From Octopus sinensis (taxonomy: Eukaryota), in contig NC_043014.1 in assembly GCF_006345805.1 (NCBI RefSeq), positions 34,658,001-34,722,000 on the forward strand: 64,000 bases of DNA. Direction: 5' to 3'. How positions within the stretch are numbered: position 1 is the first letter of the stretch; the number at the start of each line of letters is the position of its first letter. The translations under genes were made by a program, and so were the position numbers. The notes below the pieces were generated by a model. It saw only the letters and a list, made by a program, of their open reading frames with translations, was not told the DNA's origin and did not search any database. Shown one piece after another: positions 38,880 to 52,445 of this stretch.

Positions 38880-39372
38880 ATTTTACCTGTTGGGGCAGGT
38901 GAAATCGAAATTGAAACAAATTTGTTGACTGGCACCCGTGCCAGTGGAGCACTAACAGCTCCATCCAAGCAGGATCACTGCCAGAGCAGCTGTCTGGCTT
39001 CCGTGCCAGTGGGCACATAAAAAGCACCTGTTGAGCATGATCGTTACCAGCATTGCCTTACTGGCACGTGAACAAAACATTCGAGCGAGGTCGTTACCAG
39101 TGCCCCTGGACTGACTCCTGTGCAGGTGGCACATAAAAAACACCATTTTCGAGTGTGGCCGTTGGCAGTACCGCCAGACTGGCCCTCGTGCCAGTGGCAC
39201 GTTAAAGCACCCACTACACTCTCGGAGTGGTTGGCATTAGGAAGGGCATCCAGCTGTAGAAACTCTGCCAGATCAGACTGGAGCCTGGTGCAGCCATCTG
39301 GTTCGCCAGTCCTCAGTCAAATCGTCCAACCCATGCTAGCATGGAAGGTGGATGTTAAACGATGATGATGAT
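38880..39372 (+). mobile_element. RTE-type 3' tail copy
   Basis: Collinear with 43870-44350. Confidence 0.85.
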
Positions 39373-40673
39373 AGGTTGGAATGTATGGAGAAAAGTAACC
39401 CTTGTGTTATGTTGAAAATGCTTAAGAGAAATTGTAGACAAACTCTAAATGTAAGTCCATAAACCCCACTAAAAGATAATAGAATATTATATTAGAAAAA
39501 CAACTGAAAAATTTACAAATTTCGACCAGTTGCTACTACTATGGAGAGGTTGTAGAACTTCTTACATAAAGTAATATACAAGTTTATGCAGTTTGGTATT
39601 GCTGTCTTGTCAATTTTGAAGTCTTTCCTTTTGAAAAAGACAAAATTTAGTTGAAAGTCCATCACTGTCAAGAAAAATGTGTTCAGATTCATAATGAATT
39701 CCAGAAATTCTTGTCTCTTTAATGGTGATCTGGCAATAAGTGAGGAAGAATAGTGATGAACTGTTCAGAACCAGCATGGGTAGTTTTGTGAGTGCTGTGC
39801 TGTGTGACTTGATAGGTTGATATATTTTGGAGACGTTGAAGAGCAGGTGTAGGTATAGCAGTGGAAAGTTAATATTGTATTTAGGTAGATTTGGCTGTAG
39901 TAAGAAGGGGTTATTCACAGCATCCAAATAGATCCCTGCTGGCCATTTTGCTACAGAAATAGGGTAGATGGACCCCTTCTATGTAACCTTGCACTTGAAA
40001 TTGAGCAGAAGGAGACAAAAAGATCTGGTGTCATTGGCATGTCTGATTTTAAATTCAATATAATCATTGATGTTCAACTTACAATTAGGCAGTGCCAAAA
40101 CAGTTGTGCCATAACATATCATACACAATTAAATCTGCCACTCAAAGACAGGAATGGCCCTGCTGATGAGCTTCCGTAATGTTTCCAGATACCAAAGTTA
40201 ATTCATATAAAGATTTGGTCGATCAGAGGCTATATTAGCAGACATTTGTTCAAAGCACTGTGCAATTGGATCAAATCCAAGACCATGTTTCGAAGTAAAC
40301 ATCTTAGCTAGCAACCACATCTACCACCTTCATAAGATTTTGGTTGATTCAAAAAAGCAGTAAGGAACATTTGCCCAATGTACCGCACAGTGGGATTGAA
40401 CATCAACTCATGTGTTGACAAAGCAATCTCTCTAACCACACGGCTATATCTGTATCTGAGTTATAAGATTAGATCTGAAGCCTAAATATTTTATGAGATT
40501 ATATAAGAAACCTAATTTTTGATGAGATTATATATTCATTTATATATATCTTTTATTTGTTTATGATTCTACTTATTGCTATAAAGAACCACATGAATTA
40601 TTAATTTTGCATAATTTTATGTAACCTCAGATAAGATAAGCAACATACGTAAAGGATACCTTTATATATACAG

Positions 40674-40706
<33 letters not shown>

Positions 40707-42342
40707 TATATACATATACACACACACATATATATATATACATACACACACACATATATATATATCTAATGTATATGCATAAGCTGATTAACTTTTTCTA
40801 AGATTATTAGTCTTAGCATAAACATTTAAAAACATTGTGTTCCTCTAATACACATATGTCAATACTTAATGATCTTTTAAGCAACCTGAAGGTGAAATTG
40901 TTCATCTTAAAAACCAGATGGTCTTGTGTTTTATGTATGTGTGAACGTATGGTGATGATATGTATAACTTGCAATAGCAGTACGTCCTTCCTACTCATAA
41001 TCTTCTGTTTTTCAAACTAAACCCTACACTACTCTTTCCTTCTCCCCTGTCCTTTTCGTTATTATTCTACAACACTATCTTTTTTTTAATCCCTCCACAA
41101 CAATAAATCCATTCCTGTAGCTTCTCTCAATATCTCACCTAGAGTCATCAATCTCTCCCCTACACCCTCTTTCGATATTGGAGGCTGTTTGACCTTGTAA
41201 GCTGCAAAGTGACCTCACTGATCCTGGTGGCATGAAGAAAAGCATTGTGAACTGAACAGAGACAACACAGGGCTGAGGAAACTCTTTAGTCTTGCTGAAG
41301 GCAAGACAACTTCTATAATGCTGGTGCTATAAAGAATACACCTAGTACACTCCGTAAAGTAGTTGGTATTAGGAAAGACAGTCAATCATAGAAACCAAGC
41401 CAAAACTGAAACCTTTTGGATCCTGTTGATCTGTCCAACTCATGCCAGCATGGAAAGTGAACATAAAAACATAAAATAATAACATATACATACACAAATA
41501 TATGTGTTTATATGTATACACATACACATGTAAACATGTATATAGATATACAGCAGGCCTGTATAAATACATATATTTATATATATCTATTTAAAATGTA
41601 CCCAACACCCAGTTGTTTATCTCAATAGCAGGAGTGAGGTGTTTAATGCTTGTCTGCATGAAATAAAGTACATTCTATCGTACCTGCGTGACCCACTATA
41701 ACTGCAACCACAGGTTCACTGCCTCGACCTTCTGCAAACGACCTTCCACCAATGCCCTTGGGCCTGGCAAAATGTGTTTGACCAAGACACACACCAATGC
41801 ACCCGTGTACACATGCACACCCCTATATAACTACCCCCACATATAAACAGACTCCCCACACACATTATACATTACTCACCGCATGCTAATGTATAAAAAA
41901 ACCCACAGGTTTATCCTTTACAGAAAGAAAACAGAACAACGAACACAATACAATATATATATCTACATCCCCAGAAAATTTTATACATATGACACCACTA
42001 CACATACCACACACCCCATCCCCGCACACATTATTAATACAAACTTTCCCCACTTCAAGGTAACTCTTGCTGATTTCACAACATACCTAACTAAGGGACA
42101 TAACTCCCACCAAATCCTCAGGACCATTTTTCATTTCACGACTTTTTTACAGCAGGTGCTGACCCATTGTGCTAGTCCACCTCTGACAATAGAGAGCATT
42201 CTCCATATTCCCTTCCATGTCAGCTACCTCTGATGAGCGTATTTATATAATTGGATTGTTACCTAACACTCCATTGTATTTTTTTGCATGAAATTGATTG
42301 GTAAGACCAACTGTGATGTGTACTTAATATTATAAAATTCAG

Positions 42343-42380
<38 letters not shown>

Positions 42381-42819
42381 GTATATATACATGCATATAT
42401 GGGTACAGGACATCAAAAAAACATTGAACACAATGAGAAACAAAAACATAGAAACAAACAAACAGAGAAACAAGACATACAACATAAAGAATATTCCTTT
42501 TCTTCGGTTGTCCCTGTTTCATCTACTCTGTGTTTCGAAGGTAAGGACAAGATGCGACTTCATTGAAACAGGCGTTCCCGCAAAGCAAATTAAATAAAAT
42601 TTGGGATTTTTTGCGGAGGGTGAAAGTAGTAACAAGAACAGGACAGTACATATATGTATGTATATATGCATATATTTATATATTATTTATATTATATGAT
42701 TGAACGCCACACATCCTTTTCCAAGTAAGTTTTATATATATGTATTTTAAAAAAATGGGGAAGTTCAATTTATGGGATTATATACATACATACATATATA
42801 TATATATATACAAGGAGCA

Positions 42820-43382
42820 CCCCATTGGTTATGATGATGAGGGTCCCAGCTGATACGATCAACAGAACAGTTTGCTTGTGAAATTAATGTGCAAGTAGCT
42901 GAGCACGTCACAGACATATGTACCTATTTCTTTACTATCCACAAGGGGCTAAACACAGGGGACGAACAAGGACAGATAAATGGATTAAGCCGATTACATC
43001 AACTCCAGTTAGTAACTGGTACTTAATTTATCGACCCCGAAAGGATGAAAGGCAAAGTCGACCTCAGCGGAATTTGAACGTAACAGCAGACGAAATACGA
43101 CTACGCATTTCGCCCAGCATGCTAACGTTTCTGCCAGCTCGCTGATTTGTACCCTTACATATGTACCCTTAACATGGTTCTCAGGGAGATTCAGCATGAC
43201 ACTGTATGACAAGGCTGGCCCTTTTTGAAATACAGGTATTACTCATTTTTGCCAGCTGAGTGGACTGGAGCAACATGAAATAAAATGTCATGCTCAAGGA
43301 CACAACGCATCGCTGAGAATTGAACTTATGATCTTACAATCGTGAATCAAATACCCTAACTATTAAGCCATGTGCCTTCACT
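42820..43382 (-). mobile_element. SINE family C with the tail type seen at 18958
   Basis: Head ends ..ccatgtgccttcac; tail gacaaggctggccc..gaaatacagg..cccttaac. Confidence 0.75.
42925..43143 (-). mobile_element. SINE family B nested in a family C SINE
   Basis: Interrupts ..tgtacc / tgtaccctt of the host SINE. Confidence 0.85.
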
Positions 43383-43409
43383 CACATACACATGCACACA
43401 CACACACAC

Positions 43410-43800
43410 ATATATATGACGGAAGATGGCAGAATCCCCAAGGGCATATTCTAGGGGCACTACGTCTGTGGGAAGACCGTTCTTATGATACAAGGATCTT
43501 TGCAAAAGGGACATGAAGGCCTGCGACAACAATATTAGCAACTGGGAAGCAGTTGCCAGCAACCATAGAGATTGGGGATGTACCGTAAAAGAGGGAACAC
43601 AAAGGAGTGACAGAGAGAGAGAAGAGAAATGGAAAAACAGAAAAAGACGTCAACAAGAAACTATGACATTACAACCAACCAGGCAAAGTCTTCGCTACAT
43701 TTGCGGCACCTGCCAGAGGGAGTGTTTGTCCAGGATAGGACAACACAGCCACAGCAGGAGATGTATTAGGATATGAAATGTAAAAGCCGGACTAGATTAT
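43410..43800 (+). mobile_element. RTE-BovB-like LINE 3' end
   Basis: MKAC..WEAVASNHRDW..YICGTCQRECLSRIGQHSHSRRC, the C-terminal zinc-finger-like motif of RTE/BovB. Confidence 0.8.
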
Positions 43801-43869
43801 TTTATGTGCAACTCCATTGTCTCCCAAGACAAACAGGATGCCAACAACAACATATATATAAATATATAT

Positions 43870-44350
43870 ATATACAAAATCGAAATCGAAATTGAACCAA
43901 ATTCAATGACTGGTACCCGTGCCAGTGGAGCGCTAACAGATCCATCCAAGCGGGATCACTGCCAGAGCAACAAACTGGCTTCCATGCCTGTGGGCACGTA
44001 AAAAGCACCATCTGAGCGTGATCATTACCAGCATCGCCTTACTGGCACGTGAACAAAACATTCGAGCGAGGTTGTTGCCAGAGACACTGGACTGACTCCT
44101 GTGCATGTGGCACGTAGAAAACACCATTTCGAGCATGGCCGTTGCCAGTACTGCCAGACTGGCCCTCATGCAGGTGGCACGTAAAAGCACCCACTACACT
44201 CTCAGAGTGGTTGGCGTTAGGAAGGGCATCCAGCTGTAGAAACTGCCAGATCAGATTGGAGCCTGGTGCAGCCATCTAGTTCACCAATCCTCAGTCAAAT
44301 CGTCCAACCCAAGCTAGCATGGAAAGTGGACGTTATAGGATGATCATGAT
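43870..44350 (+). mobile_element. RTE-type 3' tail copy
   Basis: Collinear with 38880-39372. Confidence 0.85.
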
Positions 44351-45096
44351 GGTGATAACATCTGAGTTTTCTGTTCACAAAAAACATTTTTACACTGAAG
44401 TTGTGTCAAAAAATAACCTAAACATTTGTCTTGTGACCTTAACTGAAATTGTTTTCGATGACATTAAATAGACACAAAAGAAATGTAGGATTTGTACATT
44501 AATAATAACAATACAAAAAAAGAAAAACAGAAGACAAGTGACAGTACTTGGTACTTTATTCAGATTTGGACATTCCAACTATTAGCAGAACTAAAGACAT
44601 TTGTTTTGTTTTGTTTTTTATTTTTTTGTTTTTGTTTTTGTTTTTCTTATATGGATTAATACAAATGAGGAAAATTTATGAAAAATACATAAAAATCATT
44701 TATTAAACAATTTCAAAGACAGTAAGAAATTGTTTCTGAAATATATCTAGAGATGTTATGGAACTGTTTGAAAGAGTTGGAAAGCTATGCAAATTGAATA
44801 TATTTCCATTGAATGTATTTAGAAATGTCAGAAATATTGGATCAAAGTGCATTTCTAAGGATTCTTTTTTTTTTCTTGTTTATATATACATATATATATA
44901 TATATAGACACACACACACACACACACATATAAATATATATATATATATATATATAATCAACAAAAGCAAATTGCTATAACCAATGTATTAAAGAATTTT
45001 TAAGACGTAACTGAGCTAGTGTTGTGTTTCACAAACCATGGACACAATTTAACAACTAACTGTTAATAATTGCTCTAAAATCTTTATATATATATA

Positions 45097-45164
<68 letters not shown>

Positions 45165-45170
45165 TATTAT
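45097..45170. repeat. (ATT)n microsatellite
   Basis: Direct inspection. Confidence 0.95.
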
Positions 45171-47801
45171 CATCACAACAGGCAAAGAGCTTATTGGTGC
45201 TGATGACAGCAATACACAAAGCCTACCCTCACTCTTTTCTTTCATTCAAATTCTTCTCTGGTATTCCAATCTACAATCCCAGCTGAACAATATAGCATTA
45301 TGTTGTAAAAATACTATCAACCTACTGATGATTAGGTTTTGCTGTCAGGAACATTTAATAGTTTGTCAATGGATTTTATTTGTATTCTGTGTACATTTGC
45401 ATGTGTGTTGGAGTGTTTTAATTTCATTGTTTAGATCCCCTGGAGCTAACCAGTCTTGTTAATGATGTTGAAAGAAAACTGTAATAAATAAAACAAAAAT
45501 ATATAATATATAATAATAAGGAATTATTTTGATAACTTTTTAAAAGAATAAATTGCAAGTATTTAATAAATATGGTTTAATGTGATTTTACACAGACTAT
45601 TAATTTCATCTTTTCAACTGGCTTGGGATAATAAAAATTAATACCAAAATATAATGATATACCTCATATTTGTTTTGATAAATCAATGTTAAATTTGCTT
45701 GATCAATGAAACTATCATTATATTATAGTCTTAGTACCTGAGTACTCCAATAAGTGCTTGTACCTTTGATTGTAATACTCAAGCAGACCTAGAATGACAG
45801 TGTGTGTGGGAAGATACAAAGCTGGGTATTCAAGTTTCAGGTACTAAAGATCCTGTCTATCTAATAGGCCTCTGTAAGGTTCCTGTCCACCTTAGCTCAC
45901 TCATGGAACTTCGTTTGAAATAAGGCTTTGATATAAGACATCTGTCTAAGGTGTTGTGTGGTGGTGGTGGTGGTGAGGTTGAACTTGGATCCTCATGATT
46001 AAGAAGTAACTTCTTGACCACTAAGCTATGGACATATGTAGATAGAAATAAGTACAAAAGGTGAGGTTAGCAGGCCATTAAAGAGCAAATGTCATAAAAC
46101 AAGACAACCACATTTTATATACCTTAAATTGTCAGAGCTACACTCATAAACCGAGACTAACATATTTCATATGCTTTAAGATGATACAGCCTCTTTCTAC
46201 ATCCTTAAAGACAGCCACTGTCTGGGTATTTTAAATTTCGGTAGCCATACTCCATATATGTTAAACTGAATTAGCAAATTACAATTTCATGAGTGATGAT
46301 AGAAGATACTTATTTATATGACAGAAACTGATTTGTTGATCAAAATTGTTGTTAGGACACTTTGTAAGTTTCACATGCCATAATGAAGAATCATTTTACA
46401 TTTTACAAACTGGCATAAATTGGAGGGGGTCCATGTGATCTGGCATATACAACAACAAAGAAACTTGATCAACTTTATTACGTTTTTATTACAGTATAGA
46501 CTGGATGCAATTTTATTGCACCACAACTACTAGAGAAGTTGTTCACAGCTTGAAAAAAAAATTCCTTTCTACTCTGAATCAGTTGTTATTCAGAATCATT
46601 GCTCTCCTGGCCTGGTAACCATGCAACAATTTACGAAATTTATATTTTGTTCATATGTTGCTCACTTTGTATCTAACTAATTTGTATTGCTACAAAATGT
46701 ACTATTCATTTCAAGTGAAATGAGATATTTTCAACTGGTAATCAAAACTGCCTTTGTGAACTGAAGTAATGAAGATTATAACTTCAATCTGTAAAGAAAC
46801 ATCCAAAGACTATTCTAGTAGTCAGTTCATTATGCCTGCATTTTGGAGAGGAATTATGAGTACTGATAGCAACGTTACTTGAACTTAAGTTTGTTTGTTC
46901 TGATTTTGTAATGAATCTCAAAGCTTTATGAATAACATATTTGAAATTATTTTATGGCTTAGTTAGATGAGAAAATAGCATCACCCACAATCTTTTGCAG
47001 CTCTTCAAGACTGATTGTAGGAAGAATGGAATTATTTTAAAACTGGCGACCTATCCTGAATGTTACAACAAACTATACTCAGCTAAAAGATATGATACTA
47101 AAGATAAAAATGTATGACTCAGATAGTGGTGCTACATATCTTTAGTAAGCATATGCTTATATTGAAACTAAAGATATGAATGTATAACCCAGGGAGTGGT
47201 GGTATGCCAGACGACAAATTAAGTTTGCTACCCAAGAACAGAAACAATCCCCCTAAAAGGATTCCATACAGTTTCTGTTCACTAAACTTCACTTGAAAGG
47301 TTTTGGTCAATCTGAAGTTGCAGTAGAAGATGCCTGAGGTACTACACTGTGAGAGTAAACTTGATACCATATGGCAATGATTAAAATAAACAGAATAGAT
47401 GGGAGCAGCAATCTGAAAAGTTTTGTTATCAAGTTGTTGAAATATCTGAGACATTGACAGAAGAATTCTTTTGTGATATGGAACCAAAGTTTGCTTCAAA
47501 TGTTTGGGCATGATCATTCAGACAATTACTTGATTTATTTACTGATTAACGTTTGGTATTTATTTCATCCATTTAAATGTGATGTTGATGAGCCAACAAG
47601 AAATCTACATTATCATTCAAACTGATCACCTTTCTACTGCTAAACCTTTCACAATGAACTTACTAATCTTTGATGTATTTAAGTTTGAACTGTAAGGACA
47701 ATATACCTTATTCTAATGGGAAACTGTTTAGTGAGTTATTCTTCAATTATCTGCCTTCATGTTTCAACTTGAGCAGAAAAACTTCACAATAAAAACAATT
47801 G

Positions 47802-48019
47802 TATGAGGGGATGCTATGTTCCTGACTTTGGAGTAATGAAAATACAGGAGGATGAGTTAATTATGATTTTATTCAACATATTCCCCTCTCAGATCCATAC
47901 ACTTATTGCAGTTGTTCTTAAGTTTTTCTAAGCCCTATAAAAGAAATCTGAAGTTTGGGTCTCCAACCAGGAACTTTCGTGATACCCTTAAAGCTAAGAA
48001 CTTTTCAGCATTGCCTCAT
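47802..48019. mobile_element. Mariner-derived MITE in the 3'UTR intron of the Ig gene
   Basis: Imperfect TIRs tatgaggg..gct..gttcctgacttt / aaagctaagaacttttcagcattgcctcata with TA ends. Confidence 0.5.
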
Positions 48020-48223
48020 AGCAGCAACAATTTTAAAACAACAATGATAAAAGTGAATACTATACTCAATATATATCTGTTCAAAAAGTGAATTCGAGCA
48101 CTTCAGTATGTCTAACTTAAGTAAATTCATCTAAAAGAGGCAATATTTAATAGAAGTATATAACAAAATAAATTTTAAATTTTAAAGAATTAAAAACAAA
48201 CCAAAACCTTCAAACTTACATAT

Positions 48224-48303
48224 TTAACTTTTCATCACAGAATATACCATATTTGCAGCAACTAAAAGTACCAACATCATATCCATTCGAGGTAGACTGG
48301 ATC
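48224..48303 (-). CDS. Ig-domain gene: last coding exon with a GPI-signal-like hydrophobic tail
   Basis: tgtttttgcag| acceptor, phase 1; (G)SSLPRMDMMLVLLVAANMVYSVMKS then TAA at 48226-48224; GTAAGT donor 4 nt after the stop (exon ends at 48220). Confidence 0.75.
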
Positions 48304-48683
48304 CTGCAAAAACATTTTTATTTGTCTTAATCATTTTGAAAATACAAACTGTTATTTCTAATTTGTGTCTCATACATAGTAATCATTATGTTCACAATAC
48401 ATCAAGAGATATAGCATTTCTATTTTTTTCATTTTACAATAGGAATTCCTAATGTAATGCAAATCTGGTAAATTTAAATAGTGTTTAAATAAAATATTAA
48501 TTATTATGATTTTGATTAGTTTAAATTAGCCAGGCTATTTTGAACACTGTATTTCATTTAATCTGATACCTAATGATGTTAAAATAATTAATCTGATATT
48601 TCTTAACTAATTAATTATTTAAGAAATATCTGTTCTCATTAGATAGAGAATATACCATTTATTTTGTATTAGTGTCTACTCAC

Positions 48684-48861
48684 CGTTGACTTTCAATGCC
48701 ATTGGTCTGGAAGTTTCTGGACGTGGTGTCTTCTGAACAGTACACCTGTATATGCCAGTGTCCCAGCCACGAGGGATGGTCACATATAGGGTAGCAATTG
48801 AATTACCAGCACTGATGTGGGTGTTGATTAGGTAAGATCTTCTTAACATATCATTATCCAC
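48684..48861 (-). CDS. Ig-domain gene: C-terminal half of the Ig domain
   Basis: attattcag| acceptor and G|GTGAGT donor; 178 nt, phase 0 to 1; VDNDMLRRSYLINTHISAGNSIATLYVTIPRGWDTGIYRCTVQKTPRPETSRPMALKVN, containing the Ig DxGxYxC motif; joins the 51815 exon in frame. Confidence 0.9.
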
Positions 48862-49651
48862 CTGAATAATGATTAGAAATATATAGCATCATCAACAACA
48901 ACAACGTCATCAATCAATCAATAATTAAATCAATATCTAATTCACCCAAGTTGAGATAATTAGAGTCAATTGATCAACAACTTCTAAGTAGAATTATCCA
49001 TCAGTGGGTCATTAACCTTACAGAAAGTGCCTCTCAAAGTTATATTAATCATAGTAAAATAAAATGTATGTTGTGATTAGAGGGAAGTTCTAAGTTTTTG
49101 AGTAGGGAACACTTCTTATTTTATAAATTTTATTAATTGCATTTTCCTGACAGTGGCCATCATAGGTTGTCTGGGATTCTATAATTATTTTTACTTTTGT
49201 ATTTTTGATATTTATGGTAGGTGATAGAAGGCAGTGCCATCCAGTGCACCTCCATAGTGATGGGCATGAGAGCTGGTTCATATTTATCTGACTTCTACTC
49301 TTTGACCTGTCCAGCATAGGAGACTCATTTTTACCTCTGGGAAGAGTTAGTCCATACTAGCCTAGCCTTTATCCTTTAACCTGTTCAACACAGGAGGCCA
49401 TAATAGGAGCTTGTGCTCTGCTGGCATAACTCACAGGATCATTGAGGTACACAAGCTACCACACCACTGCAAGTAGTGGACCTAATGGTGGTTGCAACAG
49501 AGAAGACTCCACTGAAAGTATCTAAGGGCAAGGTTCATGTGAAGCCTATGAACAAGAACACTCTCTATAAAGGGTGTCTACATGGTTTCTGCCTAAATAG
49601 TCTAAATGGAATGGAAATAGCTGAATGAAAAATATATTATATTATAATATA

Positions 49652-49813
49652 TAGGCGTAGGAGTGGGTGTGTGGTAAGTAGCTTGCTTACCAACCACATG
49701 GTTCGGGGTCAGTCCCACTGCGTAGCACCTTGGGCAAGTGTCTTCCACTATAGCCTTGGGCCGACCAAAGCCTTGTGAGAGGATTTGGTAGATGGAAACT
49801 GAAAGAAGCCTGT

Positions 49814-49858
<45 letters not shown>

Positions 49859-50095
49859 GTGTATATATGTATGTATGTGTATAAGTTTGTGTGTCTGTGT
49901 TTGTCCCCCAACATCGCTTGACAACCGATGCTGGTGCGTTTACGTCCCTGTAACTTAGCGGTTCGACAAAAGAGACCAATAGAATAAGTACTAGGCTTAC
50001 AAAGAATAAGTCCTGGGATCGATTTGCTTGACTAAAGGCGGTGCTCCATCATGGTCACAGTCAAATGACTGAAACAAGTGAAAGAGTAAAAGAGT
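49652..50095 (+). mobile_element. SINE family A
   Basis: Consensus match. Confidence 0.88.
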
Positions 50096-50269
50096 ATCAG
50101 TTGGTAGGGTCTTGACTTAAAATCCACTGCAGGCATTTTGTTATGTATTTGAATTAAATACTTAATTTTGTGTGACAAAATTTCCCTACCTCTCAGTGAA
50201 CAAGTATTAGCCCTTTAGAGAATGTTAATGGCAAAAATCTTTAAGCTTTTCTGAGGAAAACATCCATTT

Positions 50270-50580
50270 GATTGTGCTCATCTTATTTCTTTCCAGCTGT
50301 CACACATCATCTGCATTCCATGTCTATCTATGGAATTCCTACCTGTTCTTTTTTCACATACTGAGCCTGGCTTTTTCTTGGTGGCAACACCTTGTCTCTT
50401 CCTTACCAATTATAAAGCCTTTGTCTTTGCTATGTTTAATTTAAGTTCTCTCAATTCGAGGCTTTGATTCCATGTTTGAAATTTCTGCACAGATTCGGCT
50501 ATGAGAATTAAGTCTTTGGCATTTAGAAGTTTCCACTGACTGTTAGTTTTAAATTCCTCTGCTATGGCCTGGGGAACTAT
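50270..50580 (-). mobile_element. Degenerate RTE RT remnant
   Basis: Frameshifted homology to the YADDL..AES..FQ.W..LE..GL..N..KTK segment at ~13690-13810. Confidence 0.5.
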
Positions 50581-51277
50581 ATTAACCCTTTAGCATTTAT
50601 ACTGGCCATATCAGGCCCAAAAACTCTACATGTTTTATATCCAGTTTTCTTAGTGACCTCTAGACTGCAGAGTTTAATATCCCTACAAGGTCTTTCTCTA
50701 AGTCAACAAATCTAAGGTCTTTCTCTAAGTCAAAAAATCTAAGTATAGCGGCATACTCTTTGCTAAAACCTTCTCCTTTAATGTCTCACGAGAAAAACCA
50801 AATGTCTTGCAGTATTCCCTTATGTCCTTTTTCATGCTGATTTCAATACATGCCAAATTCCTTGAAAGAAATACTAGTCAAGTGCTGGAGTTAATTTAAT
50901 CACCAATTGCACCTCCTAATTTGTGGCCTCCTTTATTATAATCTTTTATTTGTGGATTTCAAAATTTAGAAGCAGTTATATATTTAAAGCAGGAGAGGAA
51001 GAAACAGAGAGAAGAGGTGAGTTAGTGAATAGAGTAATGAATACAGAGAGAAGGAGGTTGAAAACAGAGACAGGTTGGAGAGAGAGAGAGAAAGAGAGGG
51101 AGTGTTGGAGAATAGGGTGAATGAAAAGGGAGATGCTATAGAGAGGGGGAAGTGGAAAATAGGGAATGTAGTTGAGAATAAAGAGGGGATAGCATGTGGA
51201 GATAAGTGGAGAACAGAGAGAGAAAAAAGACTGGAGAATAGTAAGAGCGACAGAGGAGCAAAAAATTACATAAGCAT

Positions 51278-51688
51278 ATAGGCGCAGGAGTGGCTGTGTG
51301 GTAAGTAGCTTGTTTACCAACCACATGATTATGGGTTCAGTCCCACTGCGTGGCACCTTGGGCAAGTGTCTTCTATTATAGCCTCGGGCCGACCAAAGCC
51401 TTGTGAGTGGATTTGGTAGACGGAAACTGAAAGAAGCCCATCGTATATATATATATATATATATATATATGCATATCTGTGTTTGTGTGTCTGTGTTTGT
51501 CCCCCTAGCATTGCTTGACAACTGATGCTGGTGTGTTTATGTCCCCGTTACTTAGCAGTTTGGCAAAAGAGACCGATAGATTAAGTACTGGGCTTACAAA
51601 AGAATAAGACCCGGGGTCGATTTGCTCGATTAAAGGCGGCGCTCCAGCATGGCCGCAGTCAAATGACTGAAACAAATAAAAGAGTAAG
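51278..51688 (+). mobile_element. SINE family A
   Basis: Consensus match. Confidence 0.88.
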
Positions 51689-51718
51689 CGTATATACAAT
51701 TACATAAATTGATAGATT

Positions 51719-51768
<50 letters not shown>

Positions 51769-51814
51769 GAGAGAGATCAACAGTTATATTTGATTAATTG
51801 ATAAATATAATTAC

Positions 51815-51981
51815 CCAGCTTGCTTTCTTTGGAGGTTCAATGGTAACAATATCTCTACCATCTTTGGAAATAGTTATGGCATATACTTTAGTGGCGTACT
51901 TTTTGTCTATACATGTGATCTTCACTTTTTCTTTTCCTCCAGCTCTTACTTCACCAGGAGTTATTACAATGTCAACAGATT
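51815..51981 (-). CDS. Ig-domain gene: N-terminal half of the Ig domain
   Basis: cttctcttttcag| acceptor and |gtaatt donor; 167 nt, phase 1 to 0; (E)SVDIVITPGEVRAGGKEKVKITCIDKKYATKVYAITISKDGRDIVTIEPPKKASW, with the B-strand Cys in KITC. Confidence 0.85.
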
Positions 51982-52162
51982 CTGAAAAGAGAAGATGGAT
52001 TTATATAGCAGATGAAGTAGAGAGAGAATCTATGAGTTGGTCAAAAGGTTTTGAAGGTATATATAAATATATGTAGAAGGAAAAAAAGGCATTAAAAAAT
52101 CCAGGCAGATACCAATAAAGCATTCGGTCTTAAACAAATTTGGTTGACTATATCCAACAATC

Positions 52163-52445
52163 GTGGAGGCGCAATGGCCCAGTGGTTAGGGCAGTGGACT
52201 CTAGGTTGGAGGATTGCAGTTTTGATTCCAATACCGAGCGTTGTGTGTGTTTATTGAGCAAAAACACCTAAAGCTCCACAAGGCTCTGGCAGGGGGTGGT
52301 GGCAACCCCTGTTGTACTCTTTCGCCCCAACTTTCTCTCGCTCTTTCTTCCTGTTTCTTGAGTAATGCTGTGATGGACTGGCATCCCGTCCAGCTGGGGG
52401 GAACACATATGCTACAGAAACCGGGAAACCAGGCCCATGAAAAGG
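52163..52445 (+). mobile_element. tRNA-derived SINE: head as at 19295, tail as at 6600
   Basis: ggaggcgcaatggcccagtggttagggcag..aacacctaaagctccac. Confidence 0.8.

Noticed and set aside
39610-39927. 105-aa minus-strand ORF
   Set aside because: There is no recognisable domain or compatible exon partner; it is probably chance or old TE sequence.
47119-47517. 132-aa minus-strand ORF as an alternative Ig-gene terminal exon
   Set aside because: Its frame at the candidate acceptor is phase 0, incompatible with the phase 1 end of the 48684 exon. It is more likely 3'UTR.
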